A stretch of 64,000 nt of DNA from Alphaproteobacteria bacterium (GTDB taxonomy: Bacteria; Pseudomonadota; Alphaproteobacteria; Micavibrionales; UBA2020): the NCBI GenBank assembly GCA_041287865.1, contig JBGGMV010000028.1, positions 100,964 to 164,963 of the forward strand. Reading direction: 5' to 3'. This document shows, one piece after another, positions 17,542 to 27,150 of this stretch. A program made the translations under genes and the position numbers. The notes under the pieces are model-generated. The model saw only the letters and a list, made by a program, of their open reading frames with translations. It searched no databases and had not been told where the DNA came from. Within the stretch, counting starts at the first letter, position 1, and each line of letters begins with the position of its first letter.

Positions 17542-18543
17542 TTAAATATTTTCAGCCTTGATATCGCGCGACAGCAGGCCGGTGACGACTTCGTCAACCT
17601 TCGCCTCGCCCTTTAAAATCATCTTCACGCCCATGCAAATCGGCATATCGACGCTGTTCTTCAGCGCGTAATCGGCAACCGCATGGGCGGTGGCAACGCC
17701 TTCGGCAACCGTGCGGCGTTCTGCCATGATTTCCTCCAGCTTCCTGCCCTGCCCCAGTTCAAACCCGAGGGAGAAGTTGCGAGATGTCATCGATGAACAG
17801 GTAAGCACCAGATCGCCCACGCCCGAAAGGCCGAGGAAGGTTTCCGCCTGCGCACCGCGTTTCAATCCCAGCCGCTTGATTTCCGCAAGGCCGCGCGTCA
17901 TGACGGCGGCTTTGGCGTTCTGGCCGAATTTCTTGCCTTCGACGATGCCGCAAGCGATGGCGATGACGTTTTTCAAGGCGCCCGCGATTTCGACGCCGAC
18001 GGGATCGGACGACAGATAGGGGCGGAATGTGGCGCCGCGCAGCGCTTCGGCCCAGTGATGCGCGTCGTTCGACGTGCTGGCCAGTGTCGCCGCCGTGGGC
18101 AACCCGCGCACGGTGTCGATGGCGAAGGTGGGGCCTGACAGAACTGCGTAGGGGTGCCCCTTCGCCACTTCCGCCGCCATTTCGGACAGTAAAAATCCGG
18201 TCGTGACCTCGATGCCCTTGGCGGTATTGACCAGCGGCACGCCCTTGGGCAGGTGCTGCGCGAATTTGCCCAGCGTTTCGCGCAGGTGCTGCGCCGGCGT
18301 GGTCAGCAGCACAAGTTCCGCGCCCTTGACGGCCGCTGCGATATCGGCCGTCGCCCTGATGGATTTATCGAGCGGCGCGCCAGCAAGGTATGTCTTGTTT
18401 TCATGCGTCGTGTTGATGATATCGGCTAATCCTGCGTCGCGCGCATACAGCGTCACCTTGCGCCCCGCCTGCGCCAGCACCTGCGCGAGTGCCGTGCCCC
18501 AGGCGCCGCCGCCGATGATGGATATATTCGCGATTGCTGACAT
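17542..18543 (-). CDS. gpsA: NAD(P)H-dependent glycerol-3-phosphate dehydrogenase
   Basis: GGGAWGTALA, LSGPTFA, GALKNVIAIACG, GLSGVGDLVLTC..SRN. Confidence 0.97.
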   Translation of the reverse strand: MSAIANISIIGGGAWGTALAQVLAQAGRKVTLYARDAGLADIINTTHENKTYLAGAPLDKSIRATADIAAAVKGAELVLLTTPAQHLRETLGKFAQHLPKGVPLVNTAKGIEVTTGFLLSEMAAEVAKGHPYAVLSGPTFAIDTVRGLPTAATLASTSNDAHHWAEALRGATFRPYLSSDPVGVEIAGALKNVIAIACGIVEGKKFGQNAKAAVMTRGLAEIKRLGLKRGAQAETFLGLSGVGDLVLTCSSMTSRNFSLGFELGQGRKLEEIMAERRTVAEGVATAHAVADYALKNSVDMPICMGVKMILKGEAKVDEVVTGLLSRDIKAENI

Positions 18544-18544
18544 C

Positions 18545-19612
18545 TTAAGCCCTTTTCGTTTTCATGCCGGCGGGCGGCGCAGAGGGGTCGAGCGGCCAGC
18601 GGGCATAGACGGGGAAATCCGCCTGATCGACCAGCCCCAGTTTCAGCCGTTCCACGCCCGCCCAGGCGATCATGGCTGCGTTATCGGTGCAAAGCTTCAG
18701 CGGCGGCGCGACGAAGCGCAGGCCCCGCGTGGCTGCCGTTTTTTCTAAAATTCCGCGCAGCGCCTTGTTCGCCGCAACACCGCCTGCGACGACCAGCGTC
18801 GGCTGCGCGGGATTGATGGTGAGGTAGCTGTCGATGGCATGTTTCACGCGGTCGGCAATAATGTCGCCCACGGCATCCTGAAACGAAAAACAGATGTCGA
18901 CGATATCTTCCTGCCCGATTTCTTCGGGCAGCGCATCGGAGGCGCGGCGCACCGCGGTTTTCAAACCCGAGAAGGAAAAATCGCAGCCCTCGCGGCCCAG
19001 CAGCGGGCGTGGGAAGGGAAATTTCTTGCGCGCGCGGTCGTGGTTGCCGCAGGATGCCGCCATTCTTTCAACCGGCGGCCCGCCCGGATAGCCAAGGCCC
19101 AGCAGCTTCGACGTTTTGTCGAAGGCCTCGCCCGCCGCATCGTCGATGGTGGAACCAAGGCGTTTATATTTCCCGACGCCTTCCACGATCAGCAACTGAC
19201 AATGCCCGCCGGAGGCGAGAAGAAGCAAGTACGGGAATTCCACGGTATCGGTCAGGCGCACGGTCAGCGCATGGCCTTCCAGATGGTTGACGGCCAGCAG
19301 CTTTGTTCCGTTCACGGCGGCGATGGCCTTGGCCGTCATCACGCCCACCAGCACCCCGCCGATCAGGCCCGGGCCGGCGGTGACGGCGATACCGTCAAGT
19401 TCTTTCAAAGCGATGCCCGCCTCCGTCACGGCTTCCTCTACCATCTGATCAAGATGGCCGAGGTGCGCGCGGGCGGCAATTTCGGGCACGACGCCGCCAT
19501 AGGTGTCGTGATCGCGCTGGCTGAAAATCCTGTTGGACAGGATTTCCTTGTCGCCCGTGACGATCGCGACGGCCGTTTCATCGCAGCTGGTTTCGATGCC
19601 CAATACCTTCAT
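18545..19612 (-). CDS. tsaD: tRNA N6-threonylcarbamoyltransferase catalytic subunit
   Basis: [48 protein letters not shown]. Confidence 0.98.
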   Translation of the reverse strand: MKVLGIETSCDETAVAIVTGDKEILSNRIFSQRDHDTYGGVVPEIAARAHLGHLDQMVEEAVTEAGIALKELDGIAVTAGPGLIGGVLVGVMTAKAIAAVNGTKLLAVNHLEGHALTVRLTDTVEFPYLLLLASGGHCQLLIVEGVGKYKRLGSTIDDAAGEAFDKTSKLLGLGYPGGPPVERMAASCGNHDRARKKFPFPRPLLGREGCDFSFSGLKTAVRRASDALPEEIGQEDIVDICFSFQDAVGDIIADRVKHAIDSYLTINPAQPTLVVAGGVAANKALRGILEKTAATRGLRFVAPPLKLCTDNAAMIAWAGVERLKLGLVDQADFPVYARWPLDPSAPPAGMKTKRA

Positions 19613-19722
19613 GCACCCTTTATAACAAGAATATTTCTTGATTAACACTGTATTTTCAATGCCTTATAGTATTTTACATAATGTATTATTCTGTGTTATA
19701 CTATTGGCCATCAAGGGAGTAG

Positions 19723-20295
19723 ATGGTGGGGCTTTCTAATATATTCAAGATCGTGGGACAGGCCTGTACAAACTTCGTGCGCGAAGAGAAGGCAGCCATC
19801 GTGCGCGAGAAACAGACGAAAAGCCTGCTCGAGGCCATTATGGCCAGCGATAGTGACAAGGTCGAGGCCTTGCTGAAAGCGGGCGTCGATGCCGATGCGC
19901 CCAGCACCATGGGGAACACGCCCCTCACCTGCGCCATCAGCCTGAGGGCGACGCAAAGGACGCCTGAAAGCCTGAAGGTTCTCGAACTTGTTCTCGCGCG
20001 GGTGACTGATATTGACGGCATTACCAAGGATTCATCCTACCTGCTGATGGCGGCGCAAATCGGCGTGGCCGAAGCGGCGGCGGAACTGCTGCGGCGCGGC
20101 TGCGATATGACCGTGAAAGGCTGGGGAGGCCGCGACGCGCTCTGCTTTGCGACGGAAAACGGGCACAAGAGTGTCGCCGACCTGATCGTCGCCGCCGCGC
20201 AACAACGCAACGAGGCTTGCGCGGCGAACATGCATGCCGGCCTCGACAAGCCGATTGTCGCCCGCAAAAGGCTGCGCCTCAAAACCTTTTCTTAG
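19723..20295 (+). CDS. Ankyrin repeat protein, candidate effector
   Basis: GNTPLTCAI and GRDALCFATENGHKSVADL; AAGGGAG RBS; tail GLDKPIVARKRLRLK. Confidence 0.85.
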   Translation: MVGLSNIFKIVGQACTNFVREEKAAIVREKQTKSLLEAIMASDSDKVEALLKAGVDADAPSTMGNTPLTCAISLRATQRTPESLKVLELVLARVTDIDGITKDSSYLLMAAQIGVAEAAAELLRRGCDMTVKGWGGRDALCFATENGHKSVADLIVAAAQQRNEACAANMHAGLDKPIVARKRLRLKTFS

Positions 20296-20386
20296 AAAGA
20301 AGAGCGGCCCCCTGCGTCAAACAAGAGGCCGCCCTTGCTTATGCCGGATGCCTAAACACCCGTCAAAATAGTTACCTTACGGCTAC

Positions 20387-21262
20387 TTAAGGCTTCGGGG
20401 CCTTGATCGCGGGCGTGGCCGTTGCGTCGTCGTTGGCCGGGCGCGAAGGCTTGCCGAGCGAGCCTTTCAGCGTCTGGATCTGCGACAGCATTTCGTTCGA
20501 GTTGGTGGTCGAGAGGATCAGGTTCCCCTTGTCCGCCGCGTCGCGCGTGGTGTCGTGGGCCATGGCGAGCAAAATAACCTCATGCGCCATTTCGGGGGTC
20601 ATGCCCTTCTTGGCGAGGTTGTTGAACTGCTCGGCATAGTTTTCGAAGATCGCGGCGCGCTGGGCGGCGATGCCTTCGCCGTTCAGGCGCAGCGCTTCCT
20701 TGTGCGCTTCGGCTTCGGCGATGATGCGCATCTTCGCGGCCGTTGAGTCGTTCTGGGCTGCGACAAGGTTACGTTCCGACTGCTTCACGCGGCTGAACGA
20801 GGCCTGGCTGTCCTGGCTGGCATGCGGCTCGTCAACGATAACGTCGACCAGTTTCATGCCGTAGAGGTCTTCGATCTCCTTGCCGACCTTTTCGCGCGCC
20901 ATTTCGGAGATTTTTTCGCGCGTCTGGTAGAGCTCGGTGAAATCCATGCCGGAGACCAGCTGCTTCACCGTCGCGGCCACGCGGGCCTTGACCTGTTCAG
21001 TCGGCTTGTCGCTGTCGTAATGGAATTTACGGGCGTCCGTCACCTGCACGTGCATCTTGATCGGGATGGAAACGAAGATATCGTCCTTCGTTTTCGTGTT
21101 CAGGGTTTCTTCCTGCTGGTGCAGGTCGGTCGGGATGCGCGCGGCGATGTTCTGCCAGGGCATCACCACGGTGATGCCGGGGCTGGTGATGGTGTTCACG
21201 TATTTGCCGAAGCTCTGCATAATCACGGCTTCTTTTTCTTTGACGGTAAAAATAAAGGCCAT
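20387..21262 (-). CDS. SPFH/band 7 protein (HIR-like), no N-terminal TM
   Basis: TKTKDDIFV..IKMHVQV and AEAEAHKEALRLNGEGIAAQRAAI; AGGAG RBS. Confidence 0.9.
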   Translation of the reverse strand: MAFIFTVKEKEAVIMQSFGKYVNTITSPGITVVMPWQNIAARIPTDLHQQEETLNTKTKDDIFVSIPIKMHVQVTDARKFHYDSDKPTEQVKARVAATVKQLVSGMDFTELYQTREKISEMAREKVGKEIEDLYGMKLVDVIVDEPHASQDSQASFSRVKQSERNLVAAQNDSTAAKMRIIAEAEAHKEALRLNGEGIAAQRAAIFENYAEQFNNLAKKGMTPEMAHEVILLAMAHDTTRDAADKGNLILSTTNSNEMLSQIQTLKGSLGKPSRPANDDATATPAIKAPKP

Positions 21263-21295
21263 AGTCAAGTTTCTCCTGTTGTGGGCTGGAAAGTA

Positions 21296-21324
21296 CAGCC
21301 TGCGGGAGAAATTCCCGCAGGCTG
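21296..21324. terminator. 12-bp stem-loop between SPFH paralogues
   Basis: CAGCCTGCGGGA-GAAAT-TCCCGCAGGCTG; no clear U tract, so may be a stability hairpin instead. Confidence 0.5.
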
Positions 21325-21350
21325 CGTATCGGTTTTAAAAGTTGAGTGGA

Positions 21351-22295
21351 TCAGGGCGCCGCCGGCTTGATGGCTGCGGGGGCCGCCTTGGGATGGTCGT
21401 CGTTCGCGCCGCCATGCGGTTTCGTCAGCGTTTTGCTGAGCGTCTGCATCTGCGTCAGGATGTCGTTGGCGTTTGCGTTCGTCACGATCACGTTGCCGTT
21501 TTTCGCGGCGTCGCGGATCGTGTCGTTCTGCATGGCCAGCGTAATGACCTGGTGCGCCATATCCTGCGACATGCCTTCCTTGGCGAGGTTGTTGAACTGC
21601 TGCGCGTAGTTGGCGAAGATCGCGGAACGCTGGGCGGCAATACCTTCACCGTCAAGGCGTTGCGCTTCCTTGTGCGCTTCGGCTTCGGCGATGATCTGGA
21701 TCTTCTTCGCCTCGGCGTTGTTCTTGGTCGCCAGCATGTTACGCTCGGACGCCTTCACGTTGTTGTAGGACGTTTGAATTTCGGAGGGCGCATGGGGTTC
21801 ATCCACGATCACGTCGACCAGCGCGACTCCGTAAAGTTTTTGAATTTCCGCACCGACGTTTTCGCGCACCTTGTCCGAAATGGTCTGGCGGGCCTGGTAC
21901 AGTTCCGCGAAGTCCATGTTGGAGGTCAGCTGCTTCACGGTGGCGGCGACGCGGCTTTTCACCTGCGTCATCGGGTCATTCGATTCGTAGTGGAATTTCT
22001 TCACGTCCTCGACCTGCAGGTGCATCTTGATCGGCAGGGTCACGAAGATGTCGTCCTTGGTCTTGGTCTGCAGGTTTTCCTGCATTTCGTAAAGGGCGGT
22101 CGACACGCGCTTGGCGATATTGGCGAAGGGCCAGGGTGCCTTCATCTTCAGGCCGGGGCTTTTCTGGGTCGAGGTATATTTGCCGAAGCTTTCCAGGACG
22201 ACTTCCTGCTTTTCCTTCACGTTGTAAATCATGCTTGAAAGGGTGGTAATGCCGGCAACGATCGCGCTGCCGATAATAATGGATTCAACAATCAT
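21351..22295 (-). CDS. SPFH/band 7 protein (HIR-like) with N-terminal TM
   Basis: Close paralogue of 20387-21262; hydrophobic N-terminus; AGGAG RBS. Confidence 0.9.
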   Translation of the reverse strand: MIVESIIIGSAIVAGITTLSSMIYNVKEKQEVVLESFGKYTSTQKSPGLKMKAPWPFANIAKRVSTALYEMQENLQTKTKDDIFVTLPIKMHLQVEDVKKFHYESNDPMTQVKSRVAATVKQLTSNMDFAELYQARQTISDKVRENVGAEIQKLYGVALVDVIVDEPHAPSEIQTSYNNVKASERNMLATKNNAEAKKIQIIAEAEAHKEAQRLDGEGIAAQRSAIFANYAQQFNNLAKEGMSQDMAHQVITLAMQNDTIRDAAKNGNVIVTNANANDILTQMQTLSKTLTKPHGGANDDHPKAAPAAIKPAAP

Positions 22296-22675
22296 CTATC
22301 TGTGCTCCTGTTTCGTGTTTTTTTATGGGGTTGTGTTTTGGCATAAGCAAATATGTGCCCCAGCCATGCTGGCTGCGTTCAGACAATTGACGTAAGAATC
22401 TGGGGTACATGAGTCCTGATTAGCAGGCGAAGGCAAAAACCGTCAAGGGCCTATGAATACATAACGCGATTCATTTGCCGTAATAAAAATCCACTTCTCG
22501 CTGCATCGGTTTGTATTTCATCAATATTGATATTTACAGATATAAAATTGCTTTTCATTTATTAGTTTCACATAACACGGAAAAACGGCAGCGGGAATCG
22601 CTTCCGATTTGAACTGAATGTTTACAGGTTCTTTGCTATAATTACGGCTTCACGCAAAATCATCGCGCGTATAAA

Positions 22676-23272
22676 TCAGCTGACCGGCCTTTTCAGCCGA
22701 AGCGGTTTCCTGACGCTGACATCGCTGCGCAGCCCCTGCTGCACGGCGCTCGAGGCGATTTTGCCGTCGCGGTCTTTTTCCTCGGCGCAGCGCAGGTTGA
22801 TGCCGTGCCGCTCGAGCTGCTTGCGCGATTCTTCGGACATATCGAGCCCCTGCTGCCTGAGCGAGATAAGCTCGATGCCATAGGTGTCGCGCAACATGCC
22901 CTCTTTTTCGGCGACGATGCGGTCAAGCGCCTGCCGGCAATCGGCGACTTGATCAATCGTCATGCCGGCGGTTTCCTGCTTGACGGACATGGAGAGCAGC
23001 ACGCCCAGCTGCGAAGCGCCGTCCAGCGCGCCGTAGTGGTATTTTTTTGCGTCGCATATCCGCCACGCCACGTTCGCCTGTATGCCGAGGAAAATCCCGT
23101 CGCTCGTCAGCGTCTTGACGTTGATCGACTGATGCATCTGCTGCGTGGAAACGCGCACGGCCACGCGGTCGAAAAGCCCCTTGAGACCAGGCCCGGGTTT
23201 CGTGACAGTCTTGTGATACCTGCCGAAACGCTCGATGATCAATTCTTCGCCGGGCTTGCATGAATAAAACAT
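22676..23272 (-). CDS. Short SPFH domain protein, candidate effector
   Basis: IIERFGRYHKTVTKPG, VKTLTSDGI, TYGIEL; lacks the coiled-coil tail; ends GLRSDVSVRKPLRLKRP; TAATG coupling to the upstream ankyrin gene. Confidence 0.8.
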   Translation of the reverse strand: MFYSCKPGEELIIERFGRYHKTVTKPGPGLKGLFDRVAVRVSTQQMHQSINVKTLTSDGIFLGIQANVAWRICDAKKYHYGALDGASQLGVLLSMSVKQETAGMTIDQVADCRQALDRIVAEKEGMLRDTYGIELISLRQQGLDMSEESRKQLERHGINLRCAEEKDRDGKIASSAVQQGLRSDVSVRKPLRLKRPVS

Positions 23273-23979
23273 TACGCGCCCCCCGGCTTCTTGAACTTCA
23301 GCGGCTTACCGACGCTGATCTTGTTCAGAGGGCGCAGCTTTTGCGCCATGGCGTAGGTTTTTTCGCGATCGTTCGCCTGGATGTGCGGGTAAAGCACGAC
23401 GAGCGCCGCACCCGCCTGTGCGTCTTTCGCAAGGCCGAAGGCGGTGCGGTCTTTATTATCCTTCATGCAGATATCGGCGAAGCTCTTGATCAGCGCCTCG
23501 ACGGCGCCCGGCTGGTTGGCTTTCGCGGCCTTCATCAGCGCGGTTTCGCCGCCCTTATCCTGCGCATCTGTATCGGCGTTCGCCGCCAGCAGATGGGCGG
23601 CGGCGGCCAGCGCCTTGTCGTGCGATGCCGCCATCAGGGGCGTTTCGCCGGTTTTTTCGTTCGGCAGGTCGATATTGAATCCGCGCTGGATGAAAAGCTG
23701 CACAAGGCCGTCTTGCCCGTGGCGGGCGGCCAGATGCATCGGCGTATCGCCGGCATTGTCGAAAATTTCACGCGTCGCGCCCCTGTTCAGCAGCAGGTTC
23801 GCCATATCCCGCTGCCCGTTCAGCGCCGCCATGTGCAGCGGCGTGCGGCCGTCGTGCTCGCCCTGACAGTCGACCTCCGCGCCCTGTTCGATCAGGTCGC
23901 AGGCCTTGCCGGTCTCGCCCGATGCGGCGGCCTGCAGCAGGCTGACATCAATCGCGGGATAGGCGGGAGAAATCGTCAT
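23272..23979 (-). CDS. Ankyrin repeat protein, candidate effector
   Basis: GRTPLHMAA, GDTPMHLAA, GETPLMAA, GETALMKAA; tail LNKISVGKPLKFKKP. Confidence 0.92.
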   Translation of the reverse strand: MTISPAYPAIDVSLLQAAASGETGKACDLIEQGAEVDCQGEHDGRTPLHMAALNGQRDMANLLLNRGATREIFDNAGDTPMHLAARHGQDGLVQLFIQRGFNIDLPNEKTGETPLMAASHDKALAAAAHLLAANADTDAQDKGGETALMKAAKANQPGAVEALIKSFADICMKDNKDRTAFGLAKDAQAGAALVVLYPHIQANDREKTYAMAQKLRPLNKISVGKPLKFKKPGGA

Positions 23980-23984
23980 GGCAG

Positions 23985-24749
23985 TTACGGCCCCTTGAGC
24001 TTCAGCGGGCGCAAGATCCCGATGCTTTGCTGCAGTCCGTCGTTCATGCCCTGCATTGTGGCCTCGGTCAGCGCGACTTGCGCAACCGCAGCTTCATGCG
24101 CCGCGATGGCGGCTTTTTGCGTGGTGACTTCGGCAGCGTAAGCGGGGAAAAAGCTTTCGAGACGGGCCAGCACGTTCACCGCACCCGCAGCCTTGGCGAA
24201 ATCGAGCGTCGTCTTGCCAAGTGTGGTTGGCTTGACGGGATCCGCGCCGGCGGCGACGAGCGCGTCAAAGGCCTCGGCCGCGTCTTTTTCGGCCGCGAAC
24301 ATCAGGGCGGTTTTGCCGCGCTGGTCGGCCCAGTCGGGCTTCGCGCCGCCCTTGACGATCAGGTCGACGCATTCGGGCGCATTGCTGGCGGCGCTTTCCG
24401 ACAGCGCGCATTCTTCGGCCCAGGGGCCTTCCGGTTCGACTGTCACGTTGCAGTCGAGATAGGCCTGCACCACGTCCTTGTGGTTGTTGGCGGCGGCCAG
24501 CATCAGGGGCGTCTTGAAATCCTCGTCCAGCAGGCGGGCGTCGACGCGGTCTTCCAGCAGGTATTTCACCACAGCGGCATGGCCGTTCATGGCGGCAAGG
24601 TGCAGCGCCGTGCGGCGGTCGTTGTCGCGCGCGTCTTCGGGATCCGCGCCGCGGTTGCGGCAGGCCTCGACCTCGGCAAGGTCGCCCTTCGCCGCGGCGG
24701 CGAGGAATTTGGCGTAGAGTTCTGATTTGGTTTCGGAATGATAGGTCAT
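23985..24749 (-). CDS. Ankyrin repeat protein, candidate effector
   Basis: RRTALHLAAMNGH, KTPLMLAA, GKTALMFAA; tail GLQQSIGILRPLKLKGP. Confidence 0.92.
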   Translation of the reverse strand: MTYHSETKSELYAKFLAAAAKGDLAEVEACRNRGADPEDARDNDRRTALHLAAMNGHAAVVKYLLEDRVDARLLDEDFKTPLMLAAANNHKDVVQAYLDCNVTVEPEGPWAEECALSESAASNAPECVDLIVKGGAKPDWADQRGKTALMFAAEKDAAEAFDALVAAGADPVKPTTLGKTTLDFAKAAGAVNVLARLESFFPAYAAEVTTQKAAIAAHEAAVAQVALTEATMQGMNDGLQQSIGILRPLKLKGP

Positions 24750-26107
24750 GGCGCGTCACCACCGGGCGTGCGCATCTTCACCTTGATAACCTTGAGCGGC
24801 TTGATGGCGCGAAGGCTGCCGTGGTCCTGTACGCGCGCGTCAAGCTCGGGCAGGTAAGTCTCGAGGAACTGCGTTGACGGGCTGTACCTTTTTTGCATGC
24901 GGTCGCGCAACGTGCAGCCGGCGCTGTCTTTCAGCGCCGGATTGGCGCCGAGATCGAGCAGCTTTTTCATCAGGCTGCTCTGGTTCGGCGGCAGGTGCAT
25001 CAGCGCAGTGCGGCCTATGGTATCCTGATCGTCCAGCGCGTTATTTGCCTGCAGCACAAGATCGATCAGGCGCTCGTCGCCCGTGGCGCAGGCCAGCATC
25101 AGCGGTGTCTGCAGGCCGGCGGTGACGGTTTGCGCGGCATCGGCGCCATGATCCAGCAGCAGTTTAACGGCCCGGTAATTCTTTGCCTGCAGGGCGTTGC
25201 CGAGCGCGGTGTTGCGCGGCCCGTCATAGGCGTTAATGTCCGGTTTTTGTTCGAGCAGGAATTCGAGAACATCGGCTTTAACACGCGACGCCGCGAGCTG
25301 CAGCGCCCGGCGCCCTTTGCCGTCGGGCTCGTTCAAATCCGCGCCCGCCTCCAGCGCCTGCCGTATTGCCTCCAGCTGCCCGTCCTCGCAGGCATTGGTG
25401 AGTGCGGTCTGGACGTTCTCTGCGCTGTCGAGCGCGCGCAGGACTTTGCGCGCCTTGCCGCGTTTTGCGAAATCTTCCATCTTGCTGCCGGTTTTCGACT
25501 TCAGCTCGAGATTGGCACCGGCTTTCAGCAGCAGCTCGAGGCATTCGATATGCTCGCCGCCGGCGGCGCGCATCACTGCCGTCACGCCGTTGCAATCCTG
25601 TGCGTCAAGGTTGACGCGGCGCGTGATCAGGCGCTGCACCAGTTTTTCGCAGCCCATGTGCGCTGCGGTGATAAGCGGCGTTTCATTGATGCGCGGTATA
25701 AGATGCTCGGGGTTCGCGCCGGAAGAGAGCAACATGCCGCCAATCACTTCGTGGCGCCGCTCCGCCGCGATGTTAAGCGGCGCATAGCCGCGGCGGTCTT
25801 CGGCATTTACATCGGCCTGGCTCAGTATCAGGTGGCGGACGACCTGTACCTCGCCCGAGCGCACGGCAAGGTGCAGGGCTGAATCGCCGTTTGGCGCGGC
25901 TGAATTCACGGGCGCGCCGCCTTCCAGCGCGCGTTTCACCTTGGCAAGATCGCCTTCCCGGGCGCCCTTCAGCAGAAGTTCGGCAGGCTGAAGCTCGTCC
26001 GCCTCGGCGCGCAGTTCCTTCAGCGCATCGTCGAGGCGGGCGAGATTATCCTCGTCCTCGTCGCCAAAAGTGATATTGATGCCGGCAACACCGGTCACTG
26101 TCGTCAT
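24746..26107 (-). CDS. Ankyrin repeat protein (about 10 repeats), candidate effector
   Basis: Multiple GxTxLxxA repeats; tail SLRAIKPLKVIKVK. Confidence 0.92.
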   Translation of the reverse strand: MTTVTGVAGINITFGDEDEDNLARLDDALKELRAEADELQPAELLLKGAREGDLAKVKRALEGGAPVNSAAPNGDSALHLAVRSGEVQVVRHLILSQADVNAEDRRGYAPLNIAAERRHEVIGGMLLSSGANPEHLIPRINETPLITAAHMGCEKLVQRLITRRVNLDAQDCNGVTAVMRAAGGEHIECLELLLKAGANLELKSKTGSKMEDFAKRGKARKVLRALDSAENVQTALTNACEDGQLEAIRQALEAGADLNEPDGKGRRALQLAASRVKADVLEFLLEQKPDINAYDGPRNTALGNALQAKNYRAVKLLLDHGADAAQTVTAGLQTPLMLACATGDERLIDLVLQANNALDDQDTIGRTALMHLPPNQSSLMKKLLDLGANPALKDSAGCTLRDRMQKRYSPSTQFLETYLPELDARVQDHGSLRAIKPLKVIKVKMRTPGGDAP

Positions 26108-26143
26108 TTACACACCCTGTTTCAGGAATCAAAAAGTCCAACC

Positions 26144-26175
26144 ATTATATTGCCTTAGCTCTATTGAGTCAATAG
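26144..26175 (-). promoter_or_regulatory. Near-consensus sigma70 promoter with an inverted repeat overlapping the -35
   Basis: TTGACT-N17-TATAAT (26172 to 26144); palindrome CTATTGA-G-TCAATAG at 26161-26175. Confidence 0.7.
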
Positions 26176-26241
26176 TTATGTCAAATATTTGCCCGATTAA
26201 ACCCTTGTTTTTCATGAGGTTAACAGGCTATACCCCTAGCC

Positions 26242-27150
26242 ATGGCAGCAACCCTTAAAATCGGCACACGCGGCAGCCCGCTGGCGCTGGCCCAGACAAA
26301 GCTCTTCATCGCGGCACTGCAGGCGAAACATGCGGGCCTGCAGGCGGAGATTGTGACCATCACAACCTCGGGCGACCGCATACAGGATCGCCCGTTATCC
26401 GAAGCCGGCGGCAAGGGACTGTTCACCAAGGAAATCGAGGACGCGCTGCTGGCGGGCGAGATCGACTGCGCCGTGCATTCGATGAAGGATATGCCGACCA
26501 GGCTGCCGGACGGATTGATCATCCCCTGCCTGCTGCCGCGCGAGGATGTGCGCGATGCATTCTTCTCCCTCAAAGCAAAAACGCTGGATGACCTGCCGAA
26601 TGGCTCAGTCGTCGGCACCTCGTCGCTGCGGCGTCAGGCGATCATTCTGGCGAAGCGGCCGGATTTGAAAGTCGTCACCTTCCGCGGCAACGTCGGCACT
26701 CGTCTGAAGAAACTGGAAGAAGGTGTCGTCGATGCGACGCTGCTGGCCGTCGCCGGATTAAACCGCCTTGGCCAATCGCATCTTATCCAGAGCATTTTAG
26801 AGCCTGAAGTCATGCTGCCCGCCGTGGCGCAGGGCGCGATCGGCATCGAGGTGCGCGAGAACGACCGCGCCACGCAAAAACTGCTGGAGGCCGTGCACTG
26901 CTACACGACCGAGCTGCGCGTGACGGCGGAGCGCAGTTTCCTTGCCGTCATGGACGGTTCCTGCCGCACGCCGCTGGCGGCATTGATGGGCGTGCCCGAT
27001 CCGCACCACCGCGCGCGGTTCGACGCGCTGAAGGCGGAACCCGACGGCAGCCGTGTGCGCGAAGTATCCTATATGATGAATGTCACTAATCCGTTTGAGG
27101 CGAAGGCGCTGGGCGAAACCGCCGCGCGCGATTTGCTGAAACAGAATTAA
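26242..27150 (+). CDS. hemC: Hydroxymethylbilane synthase (porphobilinogen deaminase)
   Basis: IGTRGSPLALAQ, GKGLFTKEIE, VHSMKDMP, GTSSLRR, FRGNVGTRL. Confidence 0.98.
   Translation: MAATLKIGTRGSPLALAQTKLFIAALQAKHAGLQAEIVTITTSGDRIQDRPLSEAGGKGLFTKEIEDALLAGEIDCAVHSMKDMPTRLPDGLIIPCLLPREDVRDAFFSLKAKTLDDLPNGSVVGTSSLRRQAIILAKRPDLKVVTFRGNVGTRLKKLEEGVVDATLLAVAGLNRLGQSHLIQSILEPEVMLPAVAQGAIGIEVRENDRATQKLLEAVHCYTTELRVTAERSFLAVMDGSCRTPLAALMGVPDPHHRARFDALKAEPDGSRVREVSYMMNVTNPFEAKALGETAARDLLKQN

Noticed and set aside
20387-21420. ANDD in both SPFH tails (and AAND in the 3416 gene) resembling the start of the tmRNA tag
   Set aside because: Only four residues match, the terminal AA degron is missing, and no tmRNA structure is present.
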